DNA from: Alphaproteobacteria bacterium
GTDB taxonomy: Bacteria; Pseudomonadota; Alphaproteobacteria; Bin95
Direction of reading: 5' to 3'
DNA length: 64,000 nucleotides
NCBI GenBank assembly: GCA_964291285.2
Contig: OZ219787.1
Coordinates: 352,001-416,000 of the forward strand
Positions 56,545 through 64,000 of this stretch are shown here, one piece after another (the first letter of the stretch is position 1; every line of letters starts with the position of its first letter). The position numbers were made by a program, and so were the translations under genes. The notes beneath the pieces were generated by a model. It made no database searches. It had not been told where the DNA came from and saw nothing but the letters and a program-made list of their open reading frames with translations.

Positions 56545-58290
56545 ATGGGAACCATGAGACATGTGGCTCTGGCGGCGATGGCCGCTGCGGGCCTGGCGCT
56601 CGCGGGCTGCGGAGGCGGTGGCGGGAAGAAGGCGGCCGCGCCGATGGACGGCGACCAGCAGATGGAGATGACGGACGTCCAGAAGGCGCAGGCGGCCTAC
56701 GACGCCGCCGCGGCAGCCGAGACGGCGGCGATGGCGGCCAGGAAGGAAGCGGAAGCTCAGCTGGCCGCGGTCAAGAAGGCGGTCGAGCCGCCCCAATTCT
56801 CTCGGCAAATGTACATCACCGGAGGCGACAGTTCGGTGGTCCGGACCAACGCCGCGCTCGTGAAAGACGCGAAGGCGGCGGCCGACAAGGCGCTGGCGGA
56901 CGCCAAGGCGGCGCTGAAGGCGGCCGAGAAGGCGCAGACGGACCTGAACGCCCTGTCGGCCGGCACGACCGGCCTTGCGGCGCAGAAGAAGGTGGTCACG
57001 GGTCAGATCGAAACAGTGAAAGCGGAGATCAAGGCCATCGAGAAGACCCTGACCGGGGCCGGCACGATCGGAGACTATTTCTCGAGGGTCGATACCGAGG
57101 CGGAAATCAAGGACCGCGCCGGCGAAACCCTCGCTACAGCTGGCTTCGACAACCTTAATTCGTCAAGGCCCGCGAGGCGGATGCTTGCTGTCTTGTCGCC
57201 TGCGGAAACAGCTCGTACCGGCACCCGCGCCGGCGGTTACGATGGCGTATCCACGAGTATGTGGCTTCACAGGCCGTCAAATCTCTACAAAGACGGTGGG
57301 AACAGTACTCCGCCGACGAAGGTCATCGCCACCGGGACTAACGCCGATCGGAGATCCCTGTTCTATCACAAGTATGACGACGGCGAACTTCCGGCCGGCG
57401 TCATGACCTGGGAGCAGATTGCCGCCAAGGATGGGATGCTCGTGAAGAAGGCTTTCGGCACCGACAACATGGATGTCGATGTCCTGCCCCTTGCCGGGAT
57501 GCCCCTGTCCTCACTCACCGGCTCGGATGGAACGGTCCTGACGGCGTATCCCTCCGACATCTCCGGGGACCAGTATTACAAGGGGGTCAAGGGGACGCTG
57601 TATTGCCAGGGCACCTGCTCTGCCCCTGGCGGCAAGCTGACCGGCAACCTGTTCTTCAAGGCGGCCGACGAATTCGACGATAACTACGCGGGCCACTATC
57701 GCTACTACTGGATAACGCCGAGGAACTCCCACTACACGCAGTGGAATGAATATGCCCGCTACGGGTACTGGCTGTCTGGAGATGGCGATGAAAGGAGCAA
57801 GGTCCATGCCATCGCAGACAGCCCTGCCCCCGAGCGCGGGGAGTTAGGCGTGAACTCCGATCTGCCCGCCACCGCCACCTACAAGGGCGAAGCCTTTGGC
57901 CTGTCGGCGCTGAAGCTCTACACCGCCGGCGAGCACACGGGGCAGAAGTCCGCACGGTTCACGGCGGATGTGACGCTCAACGCCAAGTTCGGGAAGGAAG
58001 GCGCCCGTAAAATGGGAGGCAAGATCGACAACTTCAAGGGGAATGCCGTCAACGAGAACTGGAGCGTCAAGCTCGCGGAGGGCGCGAACAACAACTTCGA
58101 TGTCGAAGGTCTGGCCACGGGTTCCAGCGGCGGCACCGCCTTCGACAAGCCCGGCAGTTGGCAGGCTGGAGCCTTCCACCAGGGCGGCCCGGGGCGCCCG
58201 GCCGGCATGATAGGCACCTTCATCACCCACTTCGTGGACGGGAGCGCCACCGGCGGATTCTCGACGAGGATACAAGCGCCGGCAGAGTAG
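56545..58290 (+). CDS. Surface lipoprotein, variant R
   Basis: Lipobox LAGC+GGGGG; same architecture as variant L but heavily diverged; 581 aa. Confidence 0.85.
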   Translation: MGTMRHVALAAMAAAGLALAGCGGGGGKKAAAPMDGDQQMEMTDVQKAQAAYDAAAAAETAAMAARKEAEAQLAAVKKAVEPPQFSRQMYITGGDSSVVRTNAALVKDAKAAADKALADAKAALKAAEKAQTDLNALSAGTTGLAAQKKVVTGQIETVKAEIKAIEKTLTGAGTIGDYFSRVDTEAEIKDRAGETLATAGFDNLNSSRPARRMLAVLSPAETARTGTRAGGYDGVSTSMWLHRPSNLYKDGGNSTPPTKVIATGTNADRRSLFYHKYDDGELPAGVMTWEQIAAKDGMLVKKAFGTDNMDVDVLPLAGMPLSSLTGSDGTVLTAYPSDISGDQYYKGVKGTLYCQGTCSAPGGKLTGNLFFKAADEFDDNYAGHYRYYWITPRNSHYTQWNEYARYGYWLSGDGDERSKVHAIADSPAPERGELGVNSDLPATATYKGEAFGLSALKLYTAGEHTGQKSARFTADVTLNAKFGKEGARKMGGKIDNFKGNAVNENWSVKLAEGANNNFDVEGLATGSSGGTAFDKPGSWQAGAFHQGGPGRPAGMIGTFITHFVDGSATGGFSTRIQAPAE

Positions 58291-58316
58291 CCGGCTCCCG
58301 GAGCATCACCTTTTCG

Positions 58317-58351
58317 GGCCCCGGCTGCTTCAGGCGGCCGGGGCCTTCTTT
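58317..58351 (+). terminator. Hairpin between lipoprotein and Slam genes (possible terminator or attenuator)
   Basis: GGCCCCGGCTGC-loop-GCGGCCGGGGCC followed by TTCTTT; equivalent hairpin at about 49319-49347. Confidence 0.5.
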
Positions 58352-58405
58352 CCTCCGGCGCCCTCCGGGTTGCCGGAGGTTCCCCTTGCACGGACAATGG
58401 TTTTC

Positions 58406-59656
58406 ATGCGCATACCCGCTCTCGTCATTGCCGCCGGGCTGTGCCTGTTCGCCGCCGCCGCCCACGGCCAGGACGCGACCGGCGAGCGGTTCCGGGCGGG
58501 CATGGAGGCGCTTGCCGCCGCGCAGGCCGCTCCGGACCGGGACGCCCGCGACGGGAAGCTCGACGAGGCGATTGCGGCGTTCCGGGCCATCCTGGTGGAC
58601 CGCCCGGACCTGGTGCGGGTGCGCCTCGAACTCGCGCACGCCTTCTTCCTGAAGGAGGAGGACAGCCTGGCGCGGCGGCATTTCGAACAGGTGCTGGCGG
58701 GGACGCCGCCGCCGGCGGTGGCCGCCAACATCTGGCGCTTCCTCGACATCATGCGCGCGCGGCGGCGCTGGGAGGCGCATTTCGGCCTGGCGGTGGCGCC
58801 CGACAGCAACCTCAACGCCGCGTCGGGGGAGCGCACGGTCTTTCTCGACACGCCGTTCGGGCGCCTGCCCTTCACCCTCGACGGCGACGTGTCGCGCAAG
58901 TCGGGCATCGGCGTCTCGCTGTGGGGCGGCGGCGAATACCAGGTTCCGTTGTCGTCGGCCCTGCGGCTGCGCGCCGGGGCGGACGCCAGCGCGCGGGAAT
59001 ACAAGGGCGGGGCGTTCGACCGCCATTCGCTCTCGGCCCATATCGGCCCGCGCCGGCTGATCGACGGGAGCACGGAGGCGAGCCTGCTGGCGGTGGTGGA
59101 CCGGCAATGGACCGCCGGGCGGCCCGAGACCGACCGCTTCGGCGTCCGGCTGGAAGGCGCGCACCGCCTGACGCCGCGCCTCGCCCTGTTCGCCCACGCC
59201 AGCGCCACCCGGCGCAACTGCCGCGGCTGCAACTGGCTCGACGGCCCGGCGGGCGATGCGATGCTCGGCGCAAGCTGGGCCGCCCTGCCGATCCTGCGCC
59301 TCGGCGGCCATGCCGGATACAACTGGACCCGCGCCAATGCCGGACACTGGCGCAACCGCGGACCCCGGGCCGGCCTCGGCGCGACGCTCGCGCTGCCGGC
59401 CGGCTTCACCCTCGGCCTGCGCGCCTCCCTGCAGCGCGCCGCATACCAGGGACAGGGCTTCGCCCACAATACCATCGACCGCAGGCCGCGCCGGGACGAG
59501 ACGCGCAGCCTCTCGCTCTCCGTGCACAACCGCGCCGTCACCGTGCTCGGCTTCAGCCCCCGCCTCTCGCTCATCCGCGAGGAGCGCGATACCAACGCCC
59601 AGACCCTCGACTACAAACGAAACCGCGCCGAACTCTCCTTCGTGCGACAGTTCTGA
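58406..59656 (+). CDS. Slam-family outer-membrane translocator (second copy)
   Basis: 416 aa; about 10 substitutions versus the left copy by manual comparison. Confidence 0.85.
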   Translation: MRIPALVIAAGLCLFAAAAHGQDATGERFRAGMEALAAAQAAPDRDARDGKLDEAIAAFRAILVDRPDLVRVRLELAHAFFLKEEDSLARRHFEQVLAGTPPPAVAANIWRFLDIMRARRRWEAHFGLAVAPDSNLNAASGERTVFLDTPFGRLPFTLDGDVSRKSGIGVSLWGGGEYQVPLSSALRLRAGADASAREYKGGAFDRHSLSAHIGPRRLIDGSTEASLLAVVDRQWTAGRPETDRFGVRLEGAHRLTPRLALFAHASATRRNCRGCNWLDGPAGDAMLGASWAALPILRLGGHAGYNWTRANAGHWRNRGPRAGLGATLALPAGFTLGLRASLQRAAYQGQGFAHNTIDRRPRRDETRSLSLSVHNRAVTVLGFSPRLSLIREERDTNAQTLDYKRNRAELSFVRQF

Positions 59657-59756
59657 CCGGACACGCCGATAGCGGCAGCATCGGGCCGGGTGCGGCGCAG
59701 GCAGAAGACCGGCGCCATTCGCTCATGAAGGAGCGGGTCTGCCGCGGCCGCCCCGG

Positions 59757-60902
59757 TCATGTCTCCAGCACGGCGCTCATGGCCTGCCCGACGCGTTCCG
59801 CGGCGGCCTCGATGTCGCGGTCGGCGAGATGGGCGTAGCGCAGCGTCATGCGCACACTGGAATGCCCGAGCAGGCGGGAGACCACCGGGACCGGCACGCC
59901 GTTCATCACCGCATGGCTGGCCATGGTATGGCGCAGGTCATGAAGGCGGACATCCCCGATGCCGGCTTCGCGTCTGACGCGGTACCAGAGCGGCAGGTCG
60001 GGGCTGCGCGGGCGGGCGGGGTCGCACGGCGAAGGAAACACGAACGGGCTGCCCGTGCGCGGCTGCCGGTCGAGAATGGCCCGGGCCCCGCTGCCGAGCG
60101 GGACCGTCCTCGGTCCGGTCTTGGCATCGGTGAGCGCCAGCCCGTCCTCGCGGACTTCGGACCAGCGCAGGCCCGTGATCTCGCTTCTGCGGCAGCCGGT
60201 CAGCAGCAGGAGGCGGACGATGTCGGCCTGCTGCCGCGCGCTCTTCCGGGTCTGCGCGTCCAAGGCGGCATGGAGGCGTGCGAGTTCCTCCCGGGACAGG
60301 AACCGCGTGAGCGCCGTGCGGCGGTTCGGGGCGATGCGCCCGACGGGATTGACCTCGATGTGGCCGCAGGCGAGGGCGAAGTTGAGTATCTGCCGCAGAC
60401 GGGCAAGGCAGGGATTGGCGTTGCCCGGCGCGGTGCGGCTGTATCGCTCGAACCAGCGCCGGATGGCGGCCTCGCCGATGCGGTCCAGCGGCTTCGATCC
60501 GAATGCCGGCAGGAGCTGGCCCGCAAGCTGATAGCGGGCGGTCCTCTGCGTCGAGGGCTTGTAGCCGTCGAAATGCGCCTCCTTCCATGGACCGGCGACG
60601 AAATCCCGGAACAGCGGGACCGGCTGCGCCGGCCGGGCCTCTTTTTCCGGCTCGGGGTTCGCCTTGCGGGCATGGCATTCCCTGCGAACCTCCTCCAGGC
60701 TCTTCACGCCGACCGGGCCGAGCGAGACGCGCCTGGTGCGCCCGCCCCTGTCGAGCAGCAGCACCCAGCTGCGCCCGCCGGTGGGCCGCACCCGGACGCC
60801 GAGACCGGCGATGCGCGTGTCCCAGACCGTATATTCCCGCTCGCGGGGGCGGAGACGGGCGACGGCGGCGTCGGTGAGTTTCATCCGTTCCCGGCCCGCC
60901 AT
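59757..60902 (-). CDS. Tyrosine integrase 2 (intact)
   Basis: Arm-binding-type N-terminus (WDTRIAGLGVRV), LTGCRRSE, KTG, HDLRH, LGH, RY. Confidence 0.9.
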   Translation of the reverse strand: MAGRERMKLTDAAVARLRPREREYTVWDTRIAGLGVRVRPTGGRSWVLLLDRGGRTRRVSLGPVGVKSLEEVRRECHARKANPEPEKEARPAQPVPLFRDFVAGPWKEAHFDGYKPSTQRTARYQLAGQLLPAFGSKPLDRIGEAAIRRWFERYSRTAPGNANPCLARLRQILNFALACGHIEVNPVGRIAPNRRTALTRFLSREELARLHAALDAQTRKSARQQADIVRLLLLTGCRRSEITGLRWSEVREDGLALTDAKTGPRTVPLGSGARAILDRQPRTGSPFVFPSPCDPARPRSPDLPLWYRVRREAGIGDVRLHDLRHTMASHAVMNGVPVPVVSRLLGHSSVRMTLRYAHLADRDIEAAAERVGQAMSAVLET

Positions 60903-62026
60903 CAGCCTGCCTCCAGCGCCGCGCCGACCGTCTCGGCTGCGTCCTGCACCATGGCGTCGGCGACATGGGTATATTTCAGCGTGGTTTCCGGCCTGCGGTG
61001 GCCCAGCAGCCGGCCGATGGCGAGCACCGTCTCGCCCTGCCGGAGGGCAAGGCTCGCATGCGTATGGCGCAGGTCGTGAAGGCGGGCGTCCTCCAGGTCC
61101 GCCTCGGCGCGGACCCGGTTCCAGAAGTGGAACAGCCAGCTTCCGCTCCGGGGCCGGTCGCCCCTCGATGCCGGGAATATCCACCGCCCCTTCCGCTCGA
61201 GACGATCAAGCACCGCCCGGGCCGGCTCCGACAGCCAGACTGTCCGGGGCCCCGTCTTGGAATCGCGCAGGAACAGGCGGCCTTCGCGGTAGTCGGACCA
61301 TTGCAGGGTGAGGATCTCGCCCTTGCGGCATCCCGTGAGCAGCAGCAGGCGGATGACGGCGACATACTGCGGCCAGCGGGCCTCATGCGCCTTGAGCCTC
61401 CCGGACAGGCGGCGGATTTCCTCGTCCGGGAGGAACCGCTCGCGGCCCTTGCGGCGGTAGCGCCTGATCCCCCGGCAGGGATTGGAGCCCTCCGGGCGCA
61501 GGCCCATGGCCTCCGCCTCCCTCATGATGACGGACAGCACCGGCATCGACCGGTCCGCCGCCGCCGGCACCGCGCGCAGGCGGGCGAACCAGTGCCGCAC
61601 CTCCTGCCGGTCGATCTCCGCAATCGGCCTTCCGGCGAAATGCGGCAGAAGCCGGTTGCGCAGATAGCTTCGGTTCACGATCATCGTTCCGGGCTTCCAG
61701 ACGCCCTCGTGACGGCGGAACGCGATCCCGGCGACGGCTTCGAAGAGCGTCTCGTCCGGCGTGAGCGGCGCCTCCCCGCCGCGCCTGATGGTGGCGAGCA
61801 TCTCCGCAGCCGCGGCCCGCGCTTCGCCGATGCTCATGCTGTCGGCGTCGCCGACAATCTTCCAGATACGCGCGCCGCGATGCTGGCAGTGGATGAAGAA
61901 CTGCTTGCGGCCCGAGGGCGACACACGGACGCCGAACCCCCTGAGCCTGCCGTCGCGGACCTCGCGGACGGACCTGCGGGGCTTGAGCGCCTTCACGCGC
62001 GCCTCGGTGAGGGTAGTCTTCGCCAT
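60902..62026 (-). CDS. Tyrosine integrase 1 (intact)
   Basis: RDGRLRGFGVRV N-terminus, LTGCRKGE, KTG, HDLRH, LGH, KY; TGATG coupling to integrase 2. Confidence 0.9.
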   Translation of the reverse strand: MAKTTLTEARVKALKPRRSVREVRDGRLRGFGVRVSPSGRKQFFIHCQHRGARIWKIVGDADSMSIGEARAAAAEMLATIRRGGEAPLTPDETLFEAVAGIAFRRHEGVWKPGTMIVNRSYLRNRLLPHFAGRPIAEIDRQEVRHWFARLRAVPAAADRSMPVLSVIMREAEAMGLRPEGSNPCRGIRRYRRKGRERFLPDEEIRRLSGRLKAHEARWPQYVAVIRLLLLTGCRKGEILTLQWSDYREGRLFLRDSKTGPRTVWLSEPARAVLDRLERKGRWIFPASRGDRPRSGSWLFHFWNRVRAEADLEDARLHDLRHTHASLALRQGETVLAIGRLLGHRRPETTLKYTHVADAMVQDAAETVGAALEAG

Positions 62027-62145
62027 TGCGTTTCTCCCGGCTCCGGTTGCAGCCGGGGAACGGGCCCTTGCGACCCGCTTCCCCGACCGCTGCATTTCGG
62101 GAGAAAAAACAACGCTATGTCAGATAGTTAGCACCCACAGGTGCG

Positions 62146-63132
62146 CTCACCGGTGTGGAAACATATGAGTATTCGCTGAGCGCCGGGCGCGAGGGCGGCA
62201 TAACGGATATCGACTATCTGAAGCGGGTGGACGCGTTCGTCGAATGGTACCGGGCGCAACCGGAAACCGCGCATGTCTTCGCCATCACCGACATCATGAA
62301 GCGGCTCAACAGGAACCTGCATGGCGACGACCCGGCGTTCAACATTCTTCCCGACGACTCCGATCTCGCCGCGCAATATCTGCTGCTCTACGAATTTTCG
62401 CTGCCCGTCGGCCGCGACCTCAACAATCTCATCGATGTCGGGCGGTCGTCCACGCGCATGACGGTCGTGCTGCGCAGCCTTTCCAGCGACGAGAAGGTCG
62501 CGCTCGACGAACGCGCGCAGGCATGGCTCGGGCAGAACGCTCCCGGCATGGAAACCGGCGCCACCGGAGTTGCGGTCGTCGGCGCCCGGTCGATCCAGAG
62601 AAACATAGAGGGCATGCTGCTCGGCACCTTCATCGCCATGGCCATCGTCTCCGTGCTGCTGCTGCTCGTCTTCAGGAGCGTGCGGCTCGGCGTCATCAGC
62701 CTGATTCCCAATTTCGTCCCGGCCGCCATGGCGATGGGCCTCTGGGGTTATCTGGTGGGCGAGGTCGGCATCGCGGCCTCGGTGGTCACCGCGATCGCGT
62801 TCGGCATCATCGTGGACGACACGATCCATTTCATGACCAAATATGCGGCCGCCCGGAAGAACGGGCTGCTGCCGTCGGAATCCGTGCAGTCCGCCTTCCG
62901 CTCCGTGGGCAAGGCGCTGCTGGCGACGACGGTCGTGTTCGGCCTCGGCTTCATGGTGTTCGGCGCATCGGGCATGGTGACCAACCAGGCGCTCGGCCTG
63001 CTGGCGGGCATGACGGTCATCATCGCCCTCCTGGCGGACTTCCTGTTCCTCCCGCCCCTGCTGATGGTGCTCGACGGGACGAAGGAAACGAGCGAACAGA
63101 TCAGGGAACGGCTGCGGCGGGAGGCCGGATAG
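62146..63132 (+). pseudogene. MMPL/RND-family transporter, C-terminal part only
   Basis: SLIPNFVP, FGIIVDDTIHF, DFLFLPPL; only one TM repeat, 5' part absent next to the integrases. Confidence 0.8.
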
Positions 63133-63201
63133 GCGCGCGCGGCGGGCATTGTGCTATCTTCCGCAAAGAGTTTCCGGCAGCAGTGCCGACAGGAGGAAAC
63201 G

Positions 63202-64000
63202 GTGATTCGCGTCTCTCTCCCCCATCCGATGCTCGCCCTGTCCGCGGCCGTGCTTGCCGCGTTCGCCTGGTCGGTTGCGCCTTCCGCCGGCCGCGCCGCC
63301 GACAGCCCCGAGGAGCAGGGGCTCAAGCTCGCGACGGAAGCCCGCGAACGGCAGAAGGGCTTCGGCAATTTCGTCGCGAGCATGACGATGACGCTCCGCA
63401 ACAAGCGGGGCCAGGAGAGCAAGCGCGAAGTCCGCCTGAAGGTCATCGAGGTGGAGGATGACGGCGACCGGACCCTGTTCGTGTTCGACCGGCCGCGCGA
63501 TGTCAGGGGAACGGCGTTTCTCGTCCACGCCCACAAGGAGGAGCCCGACGACCAGTGGCTCTATCTCCCCGCTCTGAAACGGGTCAAGCGCATCAGTTCC
63601 TCCAACCAGTCGGGCTCCTTCATGGGCAGCGAGTTCTCCTACGAGGACCTCGGCACCCCCGAAGTCGAGAAATTCACCCACCGGCTTCTGCGCAGCGAGC
63701 CTTGCGGCGACCTCGAATGCACCGTCTCCGAACGTATCCCCGTCGGCCGGGACTCGGGATACTCGCGCCAGCTGGTCTGGCTGGACCGGGAGGAGTTGCG
63801 CACCATGCAGATCCAGTTCTTCGACCGCAGGGATGCGCATCTCAAGACGATGGTCGTGGAAGGCTACAACAAATATCTCGACCGCTTCTGGCGAAGCAGC
63901 AAGATCACGATGACCAACCACCTCACGGGAAAAAGCACCGTGCTGGACTGGTCGGGCTACGAGTTCGGGACCGACCTCAACCTCGGCGACTTCACCCGCA
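63202..64000 (+). CDS. Outer-membrane lipoprotein-sorting (LolA-like) protein, runs off window
   Basis: GGAGG RBS, signal peptide, PRDVRGT, DQWLYLPALKRVKRI, SFMGSEFSYED; paralog of 19861-20727. Confidence 0.85.
   Translation, partial: MIRVSLPHPMLALSAAVLAAFAWSVAPSAGRAADSPEEQGLKLATEARERQKGFGNFVASMTMTLRNKRGQESKREVRLKVIEVEDDGDRTLFVFDRPRDVRGTAFLVHAHKEEPDDQWLYLPALKRVKRISSSNQSGSFMGSEFSYEDLGTPEVEKFTHRLLRSEPCGDLECTVSERIPVGRDSGYSRQLVWLDREELRTMQIQFFDRRDAHLKTMVVEGYNKYLDRFWRSSKITMTNHLTGKSTVLDWSGYEFGTDLNLGDFTR

Larger units (their letters stand above)
54406..61605. repeat. Right arm of the inverted duplication
   Basis: Reverse complement of 46120-53197. Confidence 0.95.

Noticed and set aside
49375-58290. 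Diversity-generating retroelement as the source of lipoprotein variation
   Set aside because: No reverse transcriptase and no template/variable repeat pair; the differences include indels and are not adenine-specific.
62040-62150. tRNA gene or tRNA-derived att site beside the integrases
   Set aside because: No cloverleaf or T-loop/CCA signature is visible, and I could not find a matching direct repeat at the other island end.

Overview
High-GC alphaproteobacterial chromosome segment, probably from a host-associated lineage such as a sponge symbiont (inference). Bases 1-15.2 kb are core genes (gcvPB, dksA, ileS, lspA, DUF3035 lipoprotein, pgi, mutL) plus a low-GC KAP P-loop NTPase broken by IS1634 and IS256. 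Next come a Gly-rich/Xre/RES operon and the left part of an NHLP (proteusin-type) RiPP locus: flavin-dependent halogenase, OM barrel, LolA-like protein, HlyD-like protein, C39 ABC exporter and a truncated second ABC. That locus breaks at about 24727 and apparently resumes at about 62145 (5'-truncated MMPL, second LolA-like gene). The roughly 37 kb between holds ICE-like debris, IS630, a three-gene operon ending in an RloC-like Rad50/zinc-hook/HEPN ATPase (split by IS5 and IS1380), an unclassified IS, and a nested IS66<IS21<(IS1634, IS1595) stack. The most striking structure is a ~15.5 kb inverted duplication. Each ~7 kb arm carries a (GCGCCTC)n tract next to a promoter-like motif, a porin, a surface lipoprotein, a Slam/T11SS translocator and two tandem tyrosine integrases. 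The porins and Slams are near-identical between arms but the lipoproteins are strongly diverged, suggesting a mobile, variable surface-display cassette. All identifications are from motifs read by eye; no database searches were run.
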